From: Hypanus sabinus
Taxonomy: Eukaryota
Length of the DNA stretch: 64,000 nt
Assembly: GCF_030144855.1 (NCBI RefSeq)
Contig: NC_082731.1
Location: forward strand, 22,444,001-22,508,000
Reading direction: 5' to 3'
The position numbers and the translations under genes were made by a program. The notes beneath the pieces were generated by a model. The model was not told the origin of the DNA and did not search any database. It saw nothing but the letters and a program-made list of their open reading frames with translations. Below are positions 12,480 to 23,549 of the stretch, in pieces. Position 1 is the first letter of the stretch, and each line of letters begins with the position of its first letter.

Positions 12480-12934
12480 ATGTCGAGGTTCGTCATCTGG
12501 ATTATATGCGTAGTATGTGCATCAGGTTTGTACGCAGCAGACAATTCAAAAGCCTTATGGAAACTGAATTCTGAAAAAAAAAACAATATCAATGTTTAAT
12601 TATCGTGTTCTTACATTATTTTTTCAGATACGATTCATGGAAACTCTGTCACTCAGATAATGTCACCAGCAATGAGGACAGAAGAGGAGTTTGTGACTTT
12701 CAGCTGCACCTATGATACTACATGGAGCTATTATTATTTATTTTGGTACAGACAAAGGCCAGAACAAAGTATCGAGTACATATGGCAGAAATATTCTAGA
12801 GGGTCTGAATATAAAGCCGATTTTGCCAAAACTCGCTTCAAAGTCTATATGGATGAGGCCAAAAAAATCATTAATCTTAACATCGCAAGGCTGCGAATGA
12901 GTGACTCAGCAGTTTACTACTGCGCCCTGAGCCG
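12480..12934 (+). CDS. TRAV/TRDV: T-cell receptor alpha/delta variable gene segment V1, apparently functional (leader exon 12480-12525, intron 12526-12627, V exon 12628-12934)
   Basis: Leader MSRFVIWIICVVCAS, then a phase-1 GT..AG intron of 102 nt, then DTIHG/NSVTQIMSPAMRTEEEFVTFSCTYDTTWSYYYLFWYRQRPEQSIEYIWQKYSRGSEYKADFAKTRFKVYMDEAKKIINLNIARLRMSDSAVYYCALSR. All V-set hallmarks are present (C23, W41, RF, DSAVYYC) and an RSS follows immediately. The CTYDT..YYLFWY pattern is TRAV/TRDV-like; alpha versus delta cannot be decided from a germline V alone. Confidence 0.93.
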
Positions 12935-12972
12935 CACAGTGTGTATTCTAGTTAAATGTTCGTACAAAAATT
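12935..12972 (+). promoter_or_regulatory. V(D)J recombination signal sequence (23-class, 22-nt spacer) of V1
   Basis: CACAGTG (12935-12941), 22 nt, then ACAAAAATT (12964-12972), directly after YYCALSR. Confidence 0.92.
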
Positions 12973-13348
12973 CACTTCCTGCAGAATCCATGCTTTGATC
13001 ACTGCAGCTTGGTATATTTTCACAACCCTTTTCTGATTGTGGTTTCCCGCTTCTAAGACTAGCTATTGAATTGTCGCTCGCCTTCATTTGTGAAGATTCA
13101 GCGTTTTTGTAACCGCAACACGCATTCCAAAGTCCCAGTGAGATGTACAACCTCTGCAATCACATTTTTTTATTCTAAAATAGATGTTAACACCTCAAGA
13201 CAAATATGAACGCTGAATGACCAATCGATATCACTGGTAACTGTGTGTGTGTGTGTGTAGTGAGCCAGATGGAGTGAGACCGTGTATATGCGTATAGTTG
13301 CTTGGAATTGTATGAAACGAGAGACGAATCAGATGGATGTAATCCTGA

Positions 13349-13548
13349 NNNNNNNNNNNNNNNNNNNNNNNNNNNNNNNNNNNNNNNNNNNNNNNNNNNN
13401 NNNNNNNNNNNNNNNNNNNNNNNNNNNNNNNNNNNNNNNNNNNNNNNNNNNNNNNNNNNNNNNNNNNNNNNNNNNNNNNNNNNNNNNNNNNNNNNNNNNN
13501 NNNNNNNNNNNNNNNNNNNNNNNNNNNNNNNNNNNNNNNNNNNNNNNN
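13349..13548. other. Assembly gap (200 N)
   Basis: Run of N. Confidence 1.
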
Positions 13549-13559
13549 TTATTCAGTAA

Positions 13560-16500
13560 CACTCTGCTCCTTTTAATTTTAAATTTTTATCAACTTTTTT
13601 TTTTACTGGATCACTATGAGAAACACATATGACTGTCCTTGACATGCAAAACGCCTATCTTTTATTTACTTAATAACTTAATAATATCAAATCATTACAA
13701 AGTAACATAATGATATCACATTATAAAAATCCACCCTTGTTTTTGCTTTTACTTCTTTTTTAAACATTCGGTCTAAGACCCATTTATAAGTGATCTCCTC
13801 TGTCTCTCCGGGTAACCTCTAACAAAAAAAGTTTGCTTCGGGTAATGAGTCACTTCAGGTAACTCAGGTGAGCCCTCAGCATTGATGACGGACTTATCTG
13901 TGGATAGGGAGATGCGGTAACAGCAGGTGTGTTTGTTTCTATGTTCGTGGATTTCAGGGCAAGGTGTGGTTGTGCTTTTCACCCGAACATCTAGGATTTG
14001 GTACACTTGCTGTCTTCATACGTTCACTACCACTTGTACTATATACATCAGTGGCCCGTCTACGGCGGAATTTATAACCAGCTGCCACTCATCAGTTTGG
14101 AAATCACGTTCCTGTGTTGAATATCCCACACAGAAGCTCCGTGTTGACTCTGCATATAAGTGTTTGAACTGCCAGTTTTCCACGACAAGCGTACATTTGC
14201 CTTGAGAACTTGAGAACTTCTAATTGGGACCTCAGGTTCCTTTTCAGAAACATCCACACTGGAGTCTGGTTAGTGTTTGCATGTACTGCATTTCGATAGG
14301 CAAGGAGGAAGATGACTATCCTGTTTTCTAATGGTCCATTTTCGCTGGCCATTGTTTGAGGGCTTTCTTGAATGTCTGTACAAATCTTTCTGCCAAGTCA
14401 TTTGTGGATGGATGGTAAAGGGCCGATGTAAAGTGTTTCATTCCATTCTTCTTCACAAACTTTGGAGTTCTTCAGAGACACATTGTTGTACATTAACAGT
14501 GCAGGTTTGTGACGTTATGCTATTCCTGGCGGATATGGTCCTTAGCATTGCAATTATCGTTTCCAAAGTGGTTGCCTTCACTTTGATGACCTCTGGCCAC
14601 TTGGAACGTGCATCAACGGAGAATAAATAGTTGGAGTCCAGTACTGTTGATGTGCATTCGTTGCCACGGTGATAAGGGCAAATCCCACGGATGTTCTGGA
14701 TCCTCTGACATCCAGAACAGTTCTTGGTCACGTCCAAAATGTGCACATTTATTCCTGGCCAACACATATAGGCATGGGCAAGACCGTTCATCTTTACGGT
14801 ACCAAGGTGCCCCTCGTGCAGTTCCTCAGTAAACTGAAGCGGAGCTTGGGAGAAATCACAATTCGTGAGCCACACATTACTGTTTCCGGCCACTGTGACA
14901 ACTGCTCCTTCTTCGCTGAGAAGAGTGGAAACAATGAGTTATCCCGCGCTGGTCAACCCTTTACTGGGATGTCATACATTTTTGACAACGTAGGGTCCTT
15001 GCATGTTTCCCTTTCAATTAGGCTGTTTGTCACGGATAATTGTTCAACTATTGTTGTGTGAAATACCTCTGCTGAATCAATTTGTGTAGTTATCCCGGAA
15101 GACGGTATTGGTAAAAGTGGCAACCCATCTGCTTTGCCATTTTGCTTGGTCACCTTGTGTTCAATGTCATACATGCTTACTATTAAGAACAGAGAATATC
15201 GTTGCAGCATTTCTTCTGTCATCACTGAACGCCTTTTCTTGGATTAAAAATTAAGAGGAGAGTCTTATAATCAGTCAACAAGGTTGACTTCTCGCCACAC
15301 TGGTGGTGACTGAATTTCTTGACTACCCTCGCGAGGTGTATTGCCTCTCTGCCAATGTGTGCGGAGTTGCGTTCAGCTGTTGGTGTTTCGGAACCACATG
15401 GAATCCTGTGCGATACCTCAACTCGTATCCCATGGGGCGAGACATTACAAGCCAGTCGGAATGGTAAGGAACGGTCGAAGTGCTCGAACACCCCTTCTGA
15501 TGTTATGAGTATTATAGTTTCTTGAAACGCGTTCTCACAGCTCTCAGTCCATTTCCATTTTGTTCCTGTTTGTAATAGTTCAGCTGCTGGATGTAAGAAT
15601 GTGGTTATTTTTGTCATGAACTTGTCGTAATATTTAACTAGTCCAAGATATGCTTTCAGGTGAGACACGTTTTTGTGTGGTGGTGCCTTAAGCATCGCTT
15701 CTCTCTTGTCTTGAAACATGTGTAAGCCATCATTATTGATCACATGTCCACAGTACGAAAAATCATTTTTGAAAATCTTACATTTCTATCGATTAGCTCT
15801 GAACCCATATTCTCGAAACCTGGTGAGCACTTATTGAAGATTACAAATATGTTCGTCATCAACTTTACCGGTGACAATGATGTCATAAAGGTAACAGACT
15901 CCTTGGAAACCCTGCAGGACCTGGTCTATTGCACATTTACAGAGTACAGAAGTTGATGCTATCCGAAACACCAACCTTTTGTAGTGGTAAAGTCCTTGTT
16001 GTGTATTTATTGTCAGTTAATTCTTGAATTATCCATCGATTCCCTTTTGGAGATAAGCCTAGGTAAATCGATTTATGTGCAATATTTTTCTCCTTTCAGG
16101 GAAGCAAATAGGTCCAAAATGCGAGGGGATGGATAATGCACTGTGCAAAAAACTGTGTGAACAGCCACTTTAAAATCACCACATCTGGGCGCATTTTTGT
16201 TTTTCTGGTTTTGTGCTGGTTGCGTTGTTTATCACTGGAACAATAGGCGTGACCCATTCACTCTAATCCACCTTTCACAGGACCCCAATCTGCGTCAGAA
16301 TTTTCAACTCTGCCTCTAATGCAGGACGGATTGCGTATGGCAGCAGTCTGCCTTTGGAAAATTTGGACATGCATTATCCTGAACACAATCCTTTCCTTAA
16401 TTCCCCTGAAGTGTTACTCTTCCTATCGCGAACACCTCCACAGGGTCAGTAAGTATTTGTGACAGACTATCAGCTGTAGTCTTGTTGCCCTCCTTTGATG

Positions 16501-18210
16501 ACACATCTAGTGCATCAATGGTCTGCCAATCCAACAGGATTTTCCTGAGCCACCCACGGCCCCGAAATGGTGGTCCACCATTTTTCAGTATATAGAGATT
16601 TATTTGCTGTGTTTTTATCTCTGTTGGTCGCTGTCACTTTAATTTTGCTGTCCGGAAGCACTTTATGACCCGTGAAAGTGTTTTTTAGAAGTTTAGTTCG
16701 TTTCAAAGGTATGTGCGAAAAGAGTCGTTTGTAGTCGTGTACAGAGATCACCGTTAAAGCTGAGCCTGCGTCGAACTCCATTTTCAGCCTCACGCCCGCC
16801 AGTTGTGAACTAATCCAATTTACTCTTCGATCATCTCTATTTCACGCTGTGAAGCTGTGGACATGAAAACTCACTTTTGTCGGCGTCGTTTTTATCAGAC
16901 TACATTTTTTTTCTAATTTGGTGTATATTCCTTTCCAAGTTTTATTGCTTCTCTGTATTTTGCTCTTTATCTGCTGTTGACTTGTATTGTATACTATGCC
17001 AATGTGGCCTTGTTTGCCAAAGGTTCTACATTTTTCCCATTTAGAATAAAAGTAATTCGGGACATGCGACGAGTTTCCCCAAATGTAACATGTCCGTCCG
17101 GCATTTCCATTCATTCACATTTTATTTATGGTACATTCCAGTGATATCTATTGTATCTCTGAAGCACCCTGTGCCACTGTTTCCGTTAATATCGGAATTT
17201 TAAGGGTTTTCACGAATGTAGGGTCTCCTTCACTCTTTCTGTTTCGTTTCACACTGCGTGCCACACTCTAACCTGTCCGTCAGTGCTTCCGGTAGACCAT
17301 CACCTAATTGATAATGTGTTATTAATTTGCGCAATCCGGCATAACATCCAGAAATTCTTTCATATTTGCTCTGATTCCGATTGTCATGAACAGTGGTATG
17401 GGGCGTAAATGCTGTTAGAGTGTGCCTACTATTTGTTTGAACTTTTTTCAGCTGGCTTTTCGGGGGTTAACAAGCTCCGTAGCAGGCGGTATGTGTTTGC
17501 TACCATAATGCTGAGGAAGACTACAATGCTTTCTTTTCATTCGTTAGCCTCACAATATAACTCCATTCTTTCAACGTAAGTTGCCTAGTTTTCAATGCAC
17601 TATCAAATGCTGTTATGGTTCCAAGCATTGTCATCTTTGTTATGTTAATCTAGTCTAGTCTCCCCTTTGTTTTCCTTTTGACTCACGTGACATTTTTTTA
17701 TTAACTAGCGCCACAAGCGCACACCTTGGTGTATAGATGAGTCTGTATCACTGCTTTTTAATTTGCCTTCGGGGCAGCCAAACCATCAAGCTTGGGGGTC
17801 AGCGACGGTTGTGGTCTCGCCTGGACGTGCTGCGGCTTCGACTGTGTTTCTTGGTCTCCCTACGTTTTTGACCCCGGCTGTTCTCCTGCTTCCTTTCAGT
17901 CTCGGAGCCTCGCCCTTCCTGCTTCTCCCAGTCCTTGGCTCGTTCCTTGTGCTCTTCATTCGAATGTCGTTATCAATTAATACACGGCGTTTCGATACGA
18001 TGTAGGTTCATTAACCTCGTTGCCAATTAGTTGCATATATGGCCTGGTTACACAACAATGCTATTAATTAAAACGCTGTAGACGCGAGCTGAAATTCCGG
18101 GTTCTTTACTTGCAGAAACCGAACTCGGCACACACGTACAGATCGATACGTGCCTGATAGTGCATGCTCAATACGTGCCTAATAGCGCATGCAGCGATGT
18201 TGCCCTACAA
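13560..18210 (-). mobile_element. Near-complete but frameshifted Ty3/Gypsy LTR retrotransposon
   Basis: PBS-like TGGCAACGAGG (about 18014-18025) and gag start MTMLGTITAFDS (ATG at 17634). Protease LKMEFDAGSALTVIS (16515-16793), RT VCYLYDIIVTG (about 15900), RNaseH (15222-15743), integrase LHEGHLG...CSGCQ and SKWPEV (14453-14893), C-terminus RGYPERQRR (13773). The putative 3' LTR falls in the N gap, so the LTR limits are uncertain. Confidence 0.92.
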
Positions 18211-19151
18211 CGAAAAGTAGTTCCTTATTATATTATTGGGTATACAGAACAGGCGTTATTAGCTTTTTCTCGTTGTTTAGGATCTACCATGAACGTTGCG
18301 AGAGATATCTATCCCGGCGAACAAAACGGCTCGCAATTTCTACTGTTGATGTGCCGATGCACACAATTGTAGGAGTGGTTCGTGTTGTCCAGAAGTGAAT
18401 CGCCATCTCCTTTGTTTTGGTGACAATTAGGAATACGTTACTGCAATTCCATGTCTCACGTATGCATGTTCTCGCAACTTCTGTCTTTCTACCGTCTCAT
18501 GGTGTATTGTGACGTGCCACACCATTGCCGGTTCTTAGACAGACTTGACAATATAATTGCTCCGGATATTGTCCCTGCGGCCGTTTGTTAACCGAGTGTA
18601 CAATAGAGGGGTCAGCACAAAAGTCTGGGTGGCACTCGTGTTAATGATGCTGGAGATGCTGGTATAATTGTGCATCCTGTATATGCGTAGTTTGTTGATT
18701 CAGAAGTCCAGCACAACTTTCTACGTTTTTACAGTAGAATACTTACAACGATCCGTCGCTGTCTTCTAGCAAATGTCTGTAGGGCAGTAGAGTTGATTAC
18801 CAAACTGAAGTCTAAAACAGCATTCTGAAACAAATGTACCTTTTGTACCAAATGTTACAGATACATTTAACTGAGATGTCATAGCTCCTAAGGCCTTTGA
18901 TTTATAAACCACATAAAGTCATTGAGTCAGAACCTACCTCCTCGATTTGATCTGGACCCGGAAAACTACCCTCTCCATGCCAGAATCCATGCAGCTAGGC
19001 ACACTTCGCCTAGCTTTCAAATCGAGTTCATATGAAGCATATGGCTCAGTGGTGATATTAGGATCTCATGACGTCTCACTGAAGTGTTGCCCTCTCATGA
19101 TCCCTTGCAATCATTGATGTTTCCTCCTTAACACATGACGTTTGTTTATAT

Positions 19152-22100
19152 TGTTACACACGAGTAGCAGTAGCTATGAAATTGAATCGTTTTTTATATA
19201 TAAACAACGAAACTTTATTAACCTCTACTCATAAATAACGAAAAGTAAACTAACGAGGAACTTAAACGGAAGTAAATAGTGTTTTACTTCTATAGTTATC
19301 AAACATTCGAACTAAGGAAGAATTCTTAACAGCTTATTCAATAACAGTCTTCAAGTAGTAGTTTGAAAAGTCCATGTGATTTATTAAAGATTAGAGAAGA
19401 GAGACTTCCCGAAACAGCGATAAGCCAAGCATTGAAACAAATAGACGAAACTGCTGACGCAGATCCCAGCCGCTAACAGACTTCTTCAAAGATACCGAAG
19501 AATATGATATCTCAAATTAAGTGAGCTTTAGCCGGAGGTCGTCATCACACACCCGAGACTTTGCAAAGTGTAAGCAAAAATGCGTGCCAGACCTCACATC
19601 AATCACGTCGCTACACGCTGAACACTGTTGATGCCGACCCAATTCATTGCTTTCGCACGAATCTGGTATCTCTTCAGTTTCTCTCTTTCCGTCTAAGATC
19701 TCGTAACCACCATTTGTGACTGCCAACAAATCACGATCTCCCTTTTATACCAGGGAAACCTGGAATAACGTAACATTATATCAGCCCATTATCATGAGGC
19801 AATTACTTTATGCCCATCACAAGATAATTACATCACACTCAAGGGACAAGTATCACGTCTTCCTAAAATGTAAATTGTGTTCAATAATTTACAAAATATG
19901 CAGATGTATAAAATTTGCAAAATGCACAAATACATACAATTCGCATACAGCGGTCTACAAACTAATATAACATATGGAAGAAATATCTATAGATATCAAA
20001 ATTCCTTTCCAAAAATGTTATACTGCGTTTTATATTTGGACATACAGTTGGCAATTACATTATCTTTGCCTTGAATGTTAGTTATTATGAGATCATATTC
20101 TTGTATACTCAGCCTTGTAGTTGAACTGGAGTTTGATTTGTCTTTTTAGCTATTTCCCTTAACCAAGCCCAGACCTACAATGGGATCAATATATGCCTCA
20201 TTGGCATAGCTAAATTCACTTTTAGCTTAATTAACAATTAAGTTAGCTTCTGCTGAATCAGTTTCCCAATGCAGAGATATGTGCTTCTCAAGAGTCATTC
20301 ACTGTGACTAAATCATCAATATGGACATCTGTATGTTTTCACTCTTGAATAACAGAATTACTAATTCTCTGGAACTTTCCTGAAGTATTGTTCATTCCAA
20401 ATGACAAAAAATGTATTCATATAATCCAGATGGCGTAACTAATGCAGAACTTTATCTACCCTTATCCGACAATGGAGAACATCAATACCCTTTGATCAAT
20501 CTTTGTAAGAAACCTAGTTTTTTCGACCTTGTCCACACAATCATCTACCCGAGGGATTGGATATGCATCAGTTTTTTTTTACAGCTTTCAGCATTTGTAA
20601 TCAGTACAAAATGGATTACTAGCATCTATTTCAAGCACCATGACACAAGGTAAACTTCACTCAGAAGTAGAGGGTCTAATAATATATTTTGCAAACATAT
20701 ATTTCGCAAATTCTTGTTCAGCAATTCCACACTGTTCCATGTCCATTCGAAATGGATGTAACTTTATTGGTTGGGCGTTTCCACATCTACGTCATGCAAC
20801 GCTATTGTGGTTCTCTTTGGAATATCGGGAAATAAATTCTTAAATTTTATAATTAACTGTTTCATTTGCTGTCCCTGCTGTGGCTGTAAGATGAGCGAAG
20901 TTTTCATCAATATTTTCCAAAATCGTCGAATTGAGTAGTCTACAAAAACCAATATTCGTTTTAAAATACCCACAGATGAATCAGCTACCAACTTTCCAGG
21001 GAGATCAGCAACATTATTATTGACACCAACAGTCAAAGTGTCAGACTACTTTTCCTAATCTGGTTTTAGCACGTTTACATGACAAAGCTGCTTTGGCCTT
21101 CGTCGATCTGGTATTTTTAGCACGTAGTCCACATTATTAACTTTAGATATAATCTCGTAAGAACCAGGAAATTTACTTTGTAAAACGTTCTGTTGCACAG
21201 GGAAAGGAAGCATCACCTTATTTCCCGGCGTAAATGACCTGATTTTGGCTTCCTTCTCATACCAAGTTTTCATTCATTCACTGATCAGATTTTAAGATTT
21301 TCCTTACTATGCTACAGGCTTTTTGCAATGTTTTCTTAAATTTGAAAACATAATCAGGGAGGTTGTCAGTAGGACTTTGTTAACACACTGATCTTCAAAT
21401 GTCCTCGGACTCTATGCCCAAAAACTAGTTCAAAGTGACTAAAGCCTTTGGACTCCTGCACTGTAACTTACTGGAAACAAAAGCAAATGAACTCTCTCAT
21501 CCCAATCGTTCTCATTATCAACAACAAACGTCTTTATCTTTGTTTTGAAGGCAGAATGGAATCTTTCCAGTGCACATTTTTGTTGATTTATCTAACACCT
21601 CAAGAGTTGGCAATGCCAGAAATTCCCCAATATCCATTGTTGCAGATATTCACACACATATCAAAAGGATTCGATTATTCTCCCCTTCCTAATCAGATTG
21701 ATAATTAAACAATCAATTAAGCACGAAATTTGTTCTTGTCCTGGACGTCTCCGCAATTTTTGTTATTCAACAGCAGCAGTAGATATCAACTTGAGTATGC
21801 GTAGTTAAATAATAAACAAAGAACATTTATTAACCTCTACTCAAAACATCGAAAAGTAAACAAATGACTAAATTAAACGGGTTAGTTTTATGCATCTATA
21901 GTTATCAAACAGTCGAACCTGGAGAGAATTCATAACAGAGCCTATCCAAGCAAAGTCTTGAAGTGGTACTTTGAATCGTCCTAGAGATTTATGTAATTAT
22001 TGGAAGGAGAATCTTCCAGAACCAGCAATGAACCGAGACTTGAAGAAAGGACGAAACTGCAGACGCAGATCCTAGCCCAGGGGTGTGCAAACTTTTTGAC

Positions 22101-23320
22101 TTGCGGGCCACAAAGAGTTCTAAAATTTGACAGGGTGGCGGGACCAGGAGCAGATGGACGGAGTGTTTTGGTAATACACCTCATAACAGAAAACAAAATA
22201 TCATGGGATATGTAGAAAACATGTGCTTTAAATTCAATTGAAAATGAACAAATGCATTACAACACTATATCTGTCTTAAGTCCCAAGGTATTTAGCTATT
22301 TATTGAAATGACTTTTAAAACACTGAATATTAAGTGAATAAAATACAGCTTTTTTTTAATAGTAACAGTTATTTTTTTAAAACACTGAAAATTCTGATAT
22401 CCTTCAAGAAATTATCATCATCACTCTCCTCCTGACTGTCTTTATTTCAAAAACGGTAGGAGATGCAGGTCTACTTGTCCTGCTCCTGCTTATTCAATTG
22501 TCCCCTGTGCGAAAACTCAACAACGACCAGCACAAAGACAGACCAGTGACAGCGCGCCAGTATGCCGAGCGCTTTATTTGATCTGGAGCGCATTTTTTTT
22601 ATTTTGAGAACGTACGTGCACCTGCGCACTACTCATGTCCATCACTTAACAGAAATGACATGTAACATGTAAGGCTTATTGAAAAAAATATTTTCAAATG
22701 CATACTTTACATAACACAACGAAGAAACGTATTTTTAATTTCAGTGGGAACAGTGTTGTTGATCTCCCTTTTTAGCCAGCGCATCAAAGTCTGGATTTAG
22801 TTTTGTTGTGGCGATTCTCAGGATGGATCTGAAGTGTTGGTCAGTTAACTTGGATCTGTGGCTGGCTTTGTTGATGTTCATGACGCTGAACGCCTGTTCA
22901 CACAAATAGGTTGAGCCGAACAAAGAGTAAAGCGCAAATGTGGAGTAATACGCTGCACCTCAACAAAGGTCAATATATATAGAATGCGTCATCTATTGGG
23001 AAAAAGCCGGAATTGCGGGGAAAAACGTTAACAATGTTTATTAATATAATTTCATCAAGTTCTGCGGGCCGGATTAAAATGCTTCACGGGCCGTAGTTTG
23101 CCCATGCCTGTCCTAGCCGCTAACTGACTTTTCTAACTATTCCGTAGAATTAGATTTAATAAATTAACTGACCTTTTCACAGAGATGAACAATACACACC
23201 CGAGACCTTGCAGGGATTAATCAACGACGCGTGCTCACTTCACGTCAATTACTTCGATACACACAGTACGCTGTTGATTCTTACCAAATTCTTTGGATTC
23301 TGGAGAGTAAGGGCTTAAGA
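19152..23320 (-). mobile_element. Internally deleted Gmr1-like Gypsy element (integrase upstream of RT) with two diverged LTRs (about 19152-19775 and about 21761-23320, the latter split by a hAT)
   Basis: The LTRs share TTTATTAACCTCTACTCA, CTATAGTTATCAAACA.TCGAAC, GACGAAACTGC.GACGCAGATCC and ACACACCCGAGAC. Internal order on the minus strand: INT core ALERFH..WDERVHLLLF, INT C-terminus KFPGSYEII..PDRRRPKQLCHVNVLKP, LFPDIPKRT..HDVDV, then RT VPLSDKGR.SSALVTPSGLYEY. A degenerate tRNA-Pro-like PBS lies next to the right LTR. Confidence 0.8.
22078..23110 (-). mobile_element. Non-autonomous hAT (Charlie/SPIN-group) DNA transposon, 1033 bp
   Basis: TIRs CAGGGGTGTGCAAACT / AGTTTGCCCATGCCTG. Perfect 8-bp TSD TCCTAGCC (22070-22077 and 23111-23118). 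Retains the transposase C-terminus FGSTYLCEQAFSVMNINKASHRSKLTD (22741-22923). Confidence 0.95.
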
Positions 23321-23549
23321 CTGTTGATGTACGTTGAGAAGAAGCTTGGATGCAAAGCACAGTACCAGGAACCCCAATAAATAAGACACTAGCTCACTGG
23401 AACTAGAACAGTCGATGTCCCTGAGGAATATTTGTGGGTCATGATAACATAGTTAACCCCATGGGTCGCCACAGGCTCGCTCAGCTCGTTCCCGTTTAGG
23501 GGGAGCAGCCTTCGGCCCCGATAAAATGGGTAATCAGCTGGTGTGGATG

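Larger units (their letters stand above)
1..13230 (+). repeat. V-gene tandem cassette, copy A (starts before the window)
   Basis: Colinear homology with copy B: 1-1500 with 29545-31300, 1620-5650 with 32810-36507, 5650-7400 with 41880-43520, 8400-9500 with 43700-44650, 9700-10560 with 46600-47400, and 10570-13230 with 47870-49880. Confidence 0.85.

Noticed and set aside
12660-12998. ORF-track start (ATG 12660) and C-terminal tail as a standalone gene
   Set aside because: The real start is the spliced leader at 12480; the tail TVCILVKCSYKN is the translated RSS.
13282-13632. ORFs of 116, 85 and 77 aa
   Set aside because: Mostly N gap.
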